From positions 31,781-95,780 of the forward strand of contig CAZBJP010000001.1 of NCBI GenBank assembly GCA_964492205.1: a stretch of 64,000 bases of DNA. The letters are read 5' to 3'. This document shows positions 40,989 to 49,905 of this stretch, piece after piece (within the stretch, counting starts at the first letter, position 1; each line of letters begins with the position of its first letter). Position numbers and translations under genes: made by a program. The stretch comes from an uncultured Sediminibacterium sp. (lineage in GTDB: Bacteria > Bacteroidota > Bacteroidia > Chitinophagales > Chitinophagaceae). Under the pieces are notes generated by a model. It saw only the letters and a program-made list of their open reading frames with translations. It ran no database searches and was not told the origin of the DNA.

Positions 40989-42380
40989 TTAGCTTACAAT
41001 AGGTTGTTGTTCTTTTACCCATTCATTTATGCCACCGCTATAATTTGCAATATTAGTATAACCTTCTTTTACTAATAAAGAATAACCAATAGCTGCCCTA
41101 TCACCACCTTGACAATGAATTATGACTGGCTTATCTTTTGGTACTTTATCCAAATTTTGTAACAGTGTGCCAACAAATACATTTTTAGCCCCAGCAATAT
41201 GACCACTGTTATATTCTGCAACCCCTCTGATATCAATGATCTCGGCCGTCGTATTCGCTTTTACTGTATCAATCGTAACCATTTTAGATTTTTCTAATGA
41301 GCCTGTGTAAACTTGGGCAAGTTTAGTAGCATCAACAAAGCCAAATATATTATCTAAACCAATGCGCATTAATTTTCTTGTTAAATCATCCATTTGACTT
41401 GGCTCTGCAATTAATATAAATTGTTCATCGTACGTTACAAACCAGCCCATCCATGTTGCAAAGGAGTTGTTTCCTTGAATATTGATGCTACCTGGGATAA
41501 AACCATTCTGAAAATCTAATTTATTCCTTGTATCAATTAATTTCATGCCCTTATCTAACGCTGCTTTTAATTCAGCTCCTGACAATTCTTTAATCTTTGG
41601 CACTTCTGTTAATAAAGGACGATTCACTTTATTCAATTCTTTCATTTTTGCAAAATACTTAGGTGGCTCAGGTTGATCCGTTAATAAGAATTGAACGAAT
41701 CCTGCTTTATCTGCACCATATTGAAATGCCCAATTTCTTTTTTTCTCATAACCCACTGTAGTACTAGGTACTGCGCCCAATGCCTTGCCACAAGCAGATC
41801 CTGCACCATGACCAGGCCATACTTGAATAAAATCAGGCAAATCAGAAAATAAATTTATTGATTGATACATTTGCTCAGCACCTTTGTCTTGTGTCCCCAC
41901 CAATCCTGCCGCTTTTTCTAATAAGTCAGGACGACCAATGTCTCCAACAAAAACAAAATCGCCAGTAAACAACATAACAGGTTCTTTACTTGCAGGTGTA
42001 TCGGTTAATAAAAAGCTGATACTCTCTGGGGTATGTCCAGGGGTGTGTAATACTTGAATTTTTAAATTGCCTACCATCACTTCCGAATGGTGTTTCAATC
42101 CTTCGTGTGGAAATTCATATTCCCAGCCTGGACCGCCTTCGTCGGATAAATACATTTTAGCACCAGTCACAGCAGCTAATTCTCTTGATCCAGTTAAAAA
42201 ATCTGCATGTATGTGCGTTTCAAAAATATGCGTAATCTGCATATTGTTTTGTTTCGCAATATCTAAATAAGTGTCTATATCTCTTTTAGGATCAATTACT
42301 GCAGCTATACCCGCTTTTTGACATCCAATAAAATAACTCGCTTGCGCCAAAGTCTTATCATAAACGTGTTGAAAAAACAT
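40989..42380 (-). CDS. Persulfide dioxygenase-rhodanese fusion (CstB-like MBL fold), paralogue 1
   Basis: [34 protein letters not shown]-terminal rhodanese HCQGGDR. Confidence 0.9.
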   Translation of the reverse strand: MFFQHVYDKTLAQASYFIGCQKAGIAAVIDPKRDIDTYLDIAKQNNMQITHIFETHIHADFLTGSRELAAVTGAKMYLSDEGGPGWEYEFPHEGLKHHSEVMVGNLKIQVLHTPGHTPESISFLLTDTPASKEPVMLFTGDFVFVGDIGRPDLLEKAAGLVGTQDKGAEQMYQSINLFSDLPDFIQVWPGHGAGSACGKALGAVPSTTVGYEKKRNWAFQYGADKAGFVQFLLTDQPEPPKYFAKMKELNKVNRPLLTEVPKIKELSGAELKAALDKGMKLIDTRNKLDFQNGFIPGSINIQGNNSFATWMGWFVTYDEQFILIAEPSQMDDLTRKLMRIGLDNIFGFVDATKLAQVYTGSLEKSKMVTIDTVKANTTAEIIDIRGVAEYNSGHIAGAKNVFVGTLLQNLDKVPKDKPVIIHCQGGDRAAIGYSLLVKEGYTNIANYSGGINEWVKEQQPIVS

Positions 42381-42466
42381 AAATTTTAGTTTTAAATATT
42401 TTTAAATTAGGTACATGACCTTACTCATGTAGATTACAAAGATGTATTCTATTAAAGTTAATTATG

Positions 42467-42480
42467 GTGACAAAAATCAC
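42467..42480 (-). promoter_or_regulatory. Crp/Fnr-type box GTGA-CAAAAA-TCAC upstream of dioxygenase paralogue 1
   Basis: Palindromic box 22 nt from a CATCTTTG -7-like element (minus strand, 42437-42444). Confidence 0.75.
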
Positions 42481-42511
42481 AATCTTTGCTCAAGCACCTT
42501 ATTTTAACAAA

Positions 42512-43741
42512 TTATACAGGTAATTCATTGATTTGTGCTACTCCAGAGTCAATAGCAGCTTTGGCCACAGCATAAGATACGACCGACAACAATCTATTGT
42601 CAAATGGTTTTGGTAAAATATATTTAGGGCCAAATTCAATCGGCGCACCACCATAAATATCTACTACTTCTTGAGGCACAGGTAATTTAGTTAATTCAGC
42701 CAATGCATGCACAGCAGCTAATTTCATTGCTTCATTAATTTTTGTAGCCCGCACATCTAAAGCACCTCTAAAAATATATGGAAAACCAAGTACATTGTTT
42801 ACTTGATTAGGGAAATCACTTCTTCCTGTTGCAAAAATGATATCTGGACGAGCTGACATAGCCCTATCGTAACTAATTTCAGGATTAGGATTGGCTAATG
42901 CAAATACAATACAATGCTTAGCCATGGATTGCAACATCTCTTCTGTAAGTATATCCGCTTTTGATAAACCCAAAAAGACATCGGCACCCTTTAAGCAATC
43001 TGCTAAACTGGCTGATGCTGGCATATGCTGATTAGTAAACAAAAGCTTTCGTCCATCTAAATTGTCTCTATCACTGTGAATTAGTCCTTTTGAGTCAAAC
43101 ATATACAAGTTATCTCTTTGCACACCTAATGCCAAATAGATACTTGCACAAGAAGTAGCAGCAGCACCTGCTCCATTGATAACTACTTTAACATCATGTA
43201 TTTTTTTACCTGTCAATTCAAGAGCATTTAATAATGCTGCAGCACTCACTATAGCTGTACCATGCTGGTCATCATGCATGATAGGTATATTCAATTCGGC
43301 TTTTAATCTTTCTTCAATTTCAAAGCAGTCTGGCGCAGAAATATCTTCTAAATTGATACCACCAAATGTAGGTGCTAATATCTTAACTGTTCTTATAAAT
43401 TCTTCTACGTCTTTTGTATCCAACTCTAAATCAAATACGTCTATATCTGCAAATATTTTAAACAGCACAGCCTTTCCTTCCATAACGGGTTTACTTGCCA
43501 ATGCGCCAATGTCTCCTAGACCCAACACAGCAGTGCCGTTTGAAATCACAGCTACCAAATTACCTTTTGTTGTATAATCATATACCTTGCTAGCATCTGA
43601 TTCAATGGCCAAACAAGGCGCAGCCACACCTGGAGAATAAGCCAAGGCTAAATCCTTTTGTGTTGCGGTTTCTTTTGTAGGTACAACTTCTATTTTACCT
43701 GACCTACCTTTTGAATGATAATGTAGTGCTTCTTTATCCAT
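42512..43741 (-). CDS. NAD(P)-dependent malic enzyme without PTA domain
   Basis: [57 protein letters not shown]. Confidence 0.93.
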   Translation of the reverse strand: MDKEALHYHSKGRSGKIEVVPTKETATQKDLALAYSPGVAAPCLAIESDASKVYDYTTKGNLVAVISNGTAVLGLGDIGALASKPVMEGKAVLFKIFADIDVFDLELDTKDVEEFIRTVKILAPTFGGINLEDISAPDCFEIEERLKAELNIPIMHDDQHGTAIVSAAALLNALELTGKKIHDVKVVINGAGAAATSCASIYLALGVQRDNLYMFDSKGLIHSDRDNLDGRKLLFTNQHMPASASLADCLKGADVFLGLSKADILTEEMLQSMAKHCIVFALANPNPEISYDRAMSARPDIIFATGRSDFPNQVNNVLGFPYIFRGALDVRATKINEAMKLAAVHALAELTKLPVPQEVVDIYGGAPIEFGPKYILPKPFDNRLLSVVSYAVAKAAIDSGVAQINELPV

Positions 43742-43772
43742 ATGCTTTTAAATCGTGGGAAAGATAATAAAT

Positions 43773-43804
43773 AAAAAGAAAACGCAGCCAAATTGGCTGC
43801 GTTT
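43773..43804 (-). terminator. Intrinsic terminator after dsrE-like gene
   Basis: AAACGCAGCCA-AAT-TGGCTGCGTTT with minus-strand U-rich tail. Confidence 0.8.
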
Positions 43805-43825
43805 AATATAACTTAGTCGATTTTA

Positions 43826-44257
43826 TTATAAACCCGCTTTTAGATAACCCCATCCTGCTTCTTGTTTTAGTATCAACTCAGCTACCCCAGAAGGTACTGT
43901 GCCAGCAAATGGAACCAGCATAGTCTTATCAATGCCATATTTATGCATTGTATTTTCACAAGCATTAAATTTGACCCCCTTTTTTGTCATCAACTCAATG
44001 TCGTCTGTCATATGCGTTTTTGCTGCAACAAGAAAATTCAAAGCTTTACCATGAACTACAACTTCTATTTCAACTTTCCCAGGCCATATTTTTTGAAAAT
44101 TTCTAATATTGCCCATAACACTACTCCAAGCTGCTGTATCAGCTGTATTTAACTGCATCACAACATGATGTACTTTTTCCGAAGTATTATCTTGTGCATT
44201 TACATTTATACTTAGTCCAATTATTATGGCAAATAAAAAAATTTTAACTTGTTTCAT
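43826..44257 (-). CDS. Exported DsrE/DsrF-like protein
   Basis: Signal peptide; IEVVVHG, FNACENTM, VPSGVAEL..KQEAGWGYLK. Confidence 0.88.
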   Translation of the reverse strand: MKQVKIFLFAIIIGLSINVNAQDNTSEKVHHVVMQLNTADTAAWSSVMGNIRNFQKIWPGKVEIEVVVHGKALNFLVAAKTHMTDDIELMTKKGVKFNACENTMHKYGIDKTMLVPFAGTVPSGVAELILKQEAGWGYLKAGL

Positions 44258-44300
44258 GTTGAAATATTTAGATGAGTCTGATTCAAGTTACAACAAATTA

Positions 44301-44585
44301 TTAATTTTTAGCCAAATTCATCATATCAAATATTCCTCCGCCATTATAAACCTCCGTTACACCTTGTTGACTAAGAATTGTTTTTGCCATACCACTTCTA
44401 TTCCCACTTCTGCAATAAACAACAATAGGTTTAGACATATTTCCAATTTTTGCTGCTTCTTCCGCAATGATTTCTAATGGGATATTAATTGCGCCTGGAA
44501 AATGCTCCATGTCAAATTCCATTTGACTTCTGACATCAATTACTGTTGCTTTTTTTGCTTTGATTTCTTGTATAATATTTTCCAT
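44301..44585 (-). CDS. Single-domain rhodanese (sulfurtransferase)
   Basis: IDVRS..EF..EH.PGAINIP, YCRSGNRS active-site loop. Confidence 0.93.
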   Translation of the reverse strand: MENIIQEIKAKKATVIDVRSQMEFDMEHFPGAINIPLEIIAEEAAKIGNMSKPIVVYCRSGNRSGMAKTILSQQGVTEVYNGGGIFDMMNLAKN

Positions 44586-44658
44586 ATGTTTTAATTAAAT
44601 AAGAGGCAGTGCTGCTCTAAGTTTTTGTTTTAAATTGTATTTAAATTTTTTGTGCTGA

Positions 44659-46080
44659 TTATAACATGGTAGATGGACAAACGTAATCAGAAATTTTAAA
44701 ATTTCCACTTTCTTTTAAAGCTTTGAATCCGCCTTTAATATCAATTAAGTTATCAAATCCTCTTGCCCTTAAGGTAGAAACAAAAATCATTGATCTATAC
44801 CCTCCAGCACAATGTACATAATAGGTTTTCTTTTTATCAATTTGTGCCATACTATCATTAATAAAATCTAAAGGTGTGTTTTCACTACCCAAAATATGTT
44901 CACTAAAATGTTCAGATTTTTTTCTCACATCTAATATAACAGCATTGGTATCTTTTTTGATTAAATCTGCCAATTGATCTGCGCTAATTGAATCAATCTT
45001 ATCTACTTCTTTACCAGTAGCTTTCCAGGCAGCAAATCCACCTTTTAAATAGCCAATGGTAAAATCATATCCCACCCTTGCTAAACGAGTTACAACTTCT
45101 TCCTCTCTGCCTTCATCTGTTACTAACAAAATTTCTTGTTTGATATCGGGAATCATCGCACCCACCCAAGGAGCAAAATTACCATCAATTCCAATATTGA
45201 TTGAATTTGGAATAAATCCCTTTGCAAATTCTTGCGCATCTCTTGTATCTAAAATTAAAGCGCCTGTTTCATTTGCAGCAGCTTCAAATGCAGCCGGGCT
45301 TAATGCATGTTGTCCTCTCTCTAGTACCTTATCAATGCTATCATAACCTTGAATATTCATCAATACATTTAAAGGGAAGTATCCTGGAGGAGCCACTAAA
45401 CCATCTAAAACAGCAGCTTTAAATTCATCTTTAGTCATATCTGGTCTCAATGCATAATTAGTTTTCTTTTGATTGCCTAAAAGATCTGTTGTCTCCTTGC
45501 TCATATTTTTACCACATGCAGAACCTGCACCATGAGCAGGATAAACAATAATATCATCTGCTAATGGCATAATTTTATTTCTTAAAGAATCAAATAAATG
45601 ACCCGCTAAGATATCTTCTGTCAATTCTGCTTTTACTTTTTGTGCTAAGTCTGGACGACCGACATCACCAATGAATAAAGTGTCGCCACTAAATAAAGCA
45701 GTTTCTTTTCCATTTTCATCTATCAATAAATAACATGTACTTTCCATGGTATGACCAGGAGTATGTAACACTTTAATTTTTACTTTACCCAATGATAAAA
45801 TTTCTCCATCTTTAGCTGAATGAATTTTAAATAATGGTGCGGCTGTTGGTCCATAAACAATTTCAGCACCAGTTTTATTTGCTAAATCAATATGACCAGA
45901 AACAAAATCAGCATGAAAATGTGTTTCTAAAACATATTTTATTTTGGCGCCATTTAATTCAGCTTTTTGAATATAGGGCGCGACTTCTCTTAGCGGATCC
46001 ACTATTGCAGCCTCACCATCACTTTCGATATAGTATGCACCTTGCGCTAAACATCCAGTGTAAATTTGTTCTACTTTCAT
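44659..46080 (-). CDS. Persulfide dioxygenase-rhodanese fusion (CstB-like MBL fold), paralogue 2
   Basis: [39 protein letters not shown]. Confidence 0.9.
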   Translation of the reverse strand: MKVEQIYTGCLAQGAYYIESDGEAAIVDPLREVAPYIQKAELNGAKIKYVLETHFHADFVSGHIDLANKTGAEIVYGPTAAPLFKIHSAKDGEILSLGKVKIKVLHTPGHTMESTCYLLIDENGKETALFSGDTLFIGDVGRPDLAQKVKAELTEDILAGHLFDSLRNKIMPLADDIIVYPAHGAGSACGKNMSKETTDLLGNQKKTNYALRPDMTKDEFKAAVLDGLVAPPGYFPLNVLMNIQGYDSIDKVLERGQHALSPAAFEAAANETGALILDTRDAQEFAKGFIPNSINIGIDGNFAPWVGAMIPDIKQEILLVTDEGREEEVVTRLARVGYDFTIGYLKGGFAAWKATGKEVDKIDSISADQLADLIKKDTNAVILDVRKKSEHFSEHILGSENTPLDFINDSMAQIDKKKTYYVHCAGGYRSMIFVSTLRARGFDNLIDIKGGFKALKESGNFKISDYVCPSTML

Positions 46081-46147
46081 AATTTTATTTTTATTTTTTT
46101 AGATTATTTTGATCACACAAATTTGAAATTATTTACTTCTATTACTG

Positions 46148-46241
46148 GTGATAATTGTCACACTGAATAAAATAATCAGCATAAACAATATGATTTTTAT
46201 CATTAAATGTAACTTCAATTTAGCTGTGTGATAATTGTCAC
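46148..46241. promoter_or_regulatory. Divergent promoter region with two identical Crp/Fnr-type boxes GTGATAATTGTCAC
   Basis: Exact 14-mers at 46148-46161 and 46228-46241; degenerate ATGA-N6-TCAT at 46190-46203. Confidence 0.82.
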
Positions 46242-46288
46242 TAAGTCCCATACTACCTCTAGGTACTTTTATATTATAAATTCATACT

Positions 46289-47485
46289 ATGAGCTTAAAA
46301 CATCAAATTGTAATCATTGGCGGCGGAAATGCTGGCATTTCTGTAGCAGCACAATTGTTAAGAAAAGATAGTAGATTAGATATTGCTATTATTGATCCAA
46401 CAGACAAACATTATTATCAACCCGCATGGACCATGGTTGGTGGAGGATTTTATGATATCAATGATACCGTTAGAAATGAATCAGAAGTAATGCCAGAAGG
46501 GGTTAATTGGATCAAAGAAGCTGTGGTAAGTTTTCAACCAGAACAAAATGCTATTTCACTTCAGTCTGGCATTGATGTTCATTATGACTATTTAATTATT
46601 GCTCCTGGTATTCAATTGAACTGGCATGAAATTAAAGGACTTGAAGAAAATATTGGTAAAAACGGTGTTTGCTCCAATTATAGTTTTAAATATGCACCTT
46701 ATACATATGAGTGTTTAAAAAAATCACAATCTGGAAGAGCCATCTTCACTAGCCCACATACACCAGTAAAATGTGGTGGAGCACCACAAAAAATTATGTA
46801 TATCGCTGCAGATTATTTCAAGAAAAATAATTTATCCAATAAGATGCAAGTAGAATTTTGGTCTGGTGGTACAAGATTATTTGGCGTTAAAAAATTTGAA
46901 GAAGCACTTAAAAAAGTAATCTCAAAATTTCATATCAAAGAAAATTATTTCAATAAATTAGTTGAGATTGATGGTGCCAATAAAAGAGCAAAATTTATTG
47001 GATTTGGAGAAAAGAATAAAGACGTGGAGACTTGGATTGACTATGAAATGATACATGTAACTCCACCACAATCTGCCCCTGACTTTGTAAAAAATAGTTT
47101 GCTAGCAAATGCAGCTGGATGGGTAGATGTGGATAAACATAGTCTTCAACACCTTAAGTTTAAAAATATTTTTTCACTAGGTGATGCTTCTTCTTTACCT
47201 ACTGGAAAAACGGGTGCTGCCATTAGAAAACAAGCTCCTGTTTTGGTTCAAAACCTCTTAGCACTTATTAATGGGGAAGAAATGAAGGCTAGTTATAATG
47301 GATATAGCAGTTGTCCGCTGATTACCGGTCGTCATAAATTAATTTTAGCTGAATTTGATTATGACAATAACCCTCAGGAAACCTTTCCATTTAATCAAGC
47401 AAAAGAAAGGTGGAGTATGTTTGTTTTAAAGCGATATATTCTTCCGTTTTTATATTGGACACAAATTTTAAAAGGAAAAATGTAA
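46289..47485 (+). CDS. sqr: Sulfide:quinone oxidoreductase (type II-like)
   Basis: GGGNAG FAD motif, HYYQPAWT, KCGGAPQK and YSSCPL catalytic Cys motifs, LAEFDY. Confidence 0.92.
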   Translation: MSLKHQIVIIGGGNAGISVAAQLLRKDSRLDIAIIDPTDKHYYQPAWTMVGGGFYDINDTVRNESEVMPEGVNWIKEAVVSFQPEQNAISLQSGIDVHYDYLIIAPGIQLNWHEIKGLEENIGKNGVCSNYSFKYAPYTYECLKKSQSGRAIFTSPHTPVKCGGAPQKIMYIAADYFKKNNLSNKMQVEFWSGGTRLFGVKKFEEALKKVISKFHIKENYFNKLVEIDGANKRAKFIGFGEKNKDVETWIDYEMIHVTPPQSAPDFVKNSLLANAAGWVDVDKHSLQHLKFKNIFSLGDASSLPTGKTGAAIRKQAPVLVQNLLALINGEEMKASYNGYSSCPLITGRHKLILAEFDYDNNPQETFPFNQAKERWSMFVLKRYILPFLYWTQILKGKM

Positions 47486-47514
47486 TTAAAACAATATTTA
47501 TTTCTAAAAAATTG

Positions 47515-47545
47515 GGTAGGTGACATTTATCACCTACCTTTTATT
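47515..47545 (+). promoter_or_regulatory. Crp/Fnr-type box embedded in a terminator-like hairpin, upstream of tauE-like gene
   Basis: GGTAGGTGA-CATTTA-TCACCTACC followed by T-rich tract. Confidence 0.7.
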
Positions 47546-47579
47546 TTAATACTAACACCTTTGCATTAAAATAATTAAC

Positions 47580-48392
47580 ATGGAAATAATAGGATATGTC
47601 GCTTCAATTTTAATTGGTATTTCATTAGGATTAATTGGTGGTGGTGGTAGCATTTTAACCGTTCCTGTTTTAGTTTATTTATTTCATGTTGAGCCCATCT
47701 TAGCAACCGCTTATTCTCTATTTATTGTTGGCTCAAGTAGCTTAGTCGGCGCTTGGCCAAAATACAAACAGGGTTTTGTAAATTTAAAAACAGCGATCAT
47801 ATTTGGTATTCCATCGATTGCTTCTGTATATGCTACTAGAAAATTTTTAGTCCCAGCAATCCCATCCCAATTAGGCACAATTGCTGGTATCGATATTACA
47901 AAATCATTGTTAATGATGATGTTGTTTGCAATTTTAATGGTAGCCGCTTCTTTTTCAATGATTCGTTCAAATAACACCACTATTGAAGCTAAAGAAGAAG
48001 CACAAAAATTTAACTATCCACTAATTTTAATAGAAGGCGCCTTAGTTGGCATGCTTACAGGACTTGTTGGTGCTGGTGGAGGATTCTTAATTATACCCGC
48101 CCTAGTCATGTTAAGTAAACTTCCAATGAAGCAAGCAGTAGGCACTTCTTTATTAATCATTGCCGCTAAGTCCTTAATTGGATTCACTGGTGATATGAGC
48201 AATAGAGCCATGGATTGGACCTTATTATTTTCTGTGACGGCACTAGCTATTGCTGGTATATTTATTGGCGATAAGTTAAGTAAAAAAATAGATGGCAATA
48301 AACTTAAAAAAGGCTTTGGTTGGTTTGTGCTTATAATGGGATTGTATATTATTGCACAACAATTATTTTTCCCAACTCCTGGTGGACACTAA
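47580..48392 (+). CDS. TauE/SafE family sulfite exporter
   Basis: GLIGGGGSILTVP, ATAYSLF, GLVGAGGGFLIIP, AVGTSL. Confidence 0.93.
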   Translation: MEIIGYVASILIGISLGLIGGGGSILTVPVLVYLFHVEPILATAYSLFIVGSSSLVGAWPKYKQGFVNLKTAIIFGIPSIASVYATRKFLVPAIPSQLGTIAGIDITKSLLMMMLFAILMVAASFSMIRSNNTTIEAKEEAQKFNYPLILIEGALVGMLTGLVGAGGGFLIIPALVMLSKLPMKQAVGTSLLIIAAKSLIGFTGDMSNRAMDWTLLFSVTALAIAGIFIGDKLSKKIDGNKLKKGFGWFVLIMGLYIIAQQLFFPTPGGH

Positions 48393-48409
48393 AAAGACAA
48401 CTCAGCTTC

Positions 48410-49816
48410 ATGAATAAGCCCCTTTTTGTTCTAGCCTTTATTTTATTTATAGGGAGCACAATACATGCACAACAATCACCAAACCTAGCTATATCAAATA
48501 CAGAAGATCAACCCAACAAAAAAAAAGATAGCATCCGCTTGCTTCATCATCAAATTGGTACAATACAAGCACATATGAGGTCTTTTTATAGCAGCACCTA
48601 CAATAAAAATAGCGCTTCAGAATACGCATACGCACTAGGAGGAGGATTAAAATTTGTTTCAAAACCAATCAATCATGTGCAATTTGGTATGAGTGGATTT
48701 TTAGTCTATAATATATTTTCAACAAACTTAAGTAAGCCTCACGCATTATCTGCCACTAACAATCGATATGAATTAGCTTTATTTGATGTGATCAATACTT
48801 CAAACAAAACAGATATGGAACGTTTAGAAGAATTATATATTCATTATCAAAAAAATAATCTTTCCATTACTTTAGGTAATCAATTATTAAACACTCCCTT
48901 TATTAATTTACAAGATGGCAGAATGCGCCCTAATGTAGTACAGGGTGTATGGGGGCAATATAAGCATCAAAAAAATAAATTTTATGCAGGCTGGATCAAT
49001 CGATTTTCTCCAGGTGGTACTTTTGAATGGTTTAAAACGAATACGAGCATTGGCGTATTCTCTACAGGCGTCAATATTGATGGCACCAAGTCTGGCTATA
49101 AAAATCAATTAGCCACCAAGGGAGTTGCATTAGTGGGTGCAGAATTTGGATTAACAAACACAAAAAAAATTCAGGTTTGGAATCAATATGTGGATAATAT
49201 ATTTAATAGCAGCTTGATTCAATTTGACAAATTACCCACAAAATATAGTTCCTATTATTACGGATTCCAATTAATTGGGCAACAAGTAATCAACAATGGA
49301 GGCAATGAAGTGATGAATAAAACTTATTTTAACCCTAGTCAGTCAGCCTTAGTTTTTGGAGGAAGAATTGGAAAGCAAGTAGGACATTGGGATCATTCAA
49401 TTAATTATACTAGGATCACAAAACAGGGAAGATACTTAATGCCAAGAGAATGGGGACGCGATCCCTTTTATACTTTTTTACAAGGAGAGCGCAGCGAAGG
49501 CATGGGAGACCTAAGTGCGTATATGCTTAAGTCAAAATATAGTGCTTCAAGCTTGCCTTTAAACCTGAGTTTGGCAGCGGGTTATTATGAATTAGCAGAC
49601 GTTAAAAACTATGCTATGAATAAATATGGCTTACCAAGCTATTTCCAATACAATATTGACCTTCGTTTTGCTTTTTCAGGATTTTGGAAAGGCTGGGACG
49701 CACAACTTACCTATTTTCATAAGGATGCTATTGGCAATACTTATAATGAAGCAAAATATTATATCAATAAAGTAAACATGGGGCATATTAACTTTATCTT
49801 AAACTTTCATTTGTAG
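48410..49816 (+). CDS. Outer-membrane porin (OprD-like) within the sulfur cluster
   Basis: Signal peptide, LNTPFINLQDGRMRP, amphipathic beta-strands, C-terminal NFILNFHL. Confidence 0.72.
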   Translation: MNKPLFVLAFILFIGSTIHAQQSPNLAISNTEDQPNKKKDSIRLLHHQIGTIQAHMRSFYSSTYNKNSASEYAYALGGGLKFVSKPINHVQFGMSGFLVYNIFSTNLSKPHALSATNNRYELALFDVINTSNKTDMERLEELYIHYQKNNLSITLGNQLLNTPFINLQDGRMRPNVVQGVWGQYKHQKNKFYAGWINRFSPGGTFEWFKTNTSIGVFSTGVNIDGTKSGYKNQLATKGVALVGAEFGLTNTKKIQVWNQYVDNIFNSSLIQFDKLPTKYSSYYYGFQLIGQQVINNGGNEVMNKTYFNPSQSALVFGGRIGKQVGHWDHSINYTRITKQGRYLMPREWGRDPFYTFLQGERSEGMGDLSAYMLKSKYSASSLPLNLSLAAGYYELADVKNYAMNKYGLPSYFQYNIDLRFAFSGFWKGWDAQLTYFHKDAIGNTYNEAKYYINKVNMGHINFILNFHL

Positions 49817-49842
49817 TGTTTTACAATGAATCATCGATAATT

Positions 49843-49856
49843 GTGATATAAGTCAC
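49843..49856 (+). promoter_or_regulatory. Crp/Fnr-type box GTGA-TATAAG-TCAC upstream of soxB-like gene
   Basis: Same palindrome as the other sites in the cluster. Confidence 0.7.
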
Positions 49857-49905
49857 GTAAATTATTATGAATTAAGTGGATTTTCAATTTTCAAAGATGC
49901 CCCAT

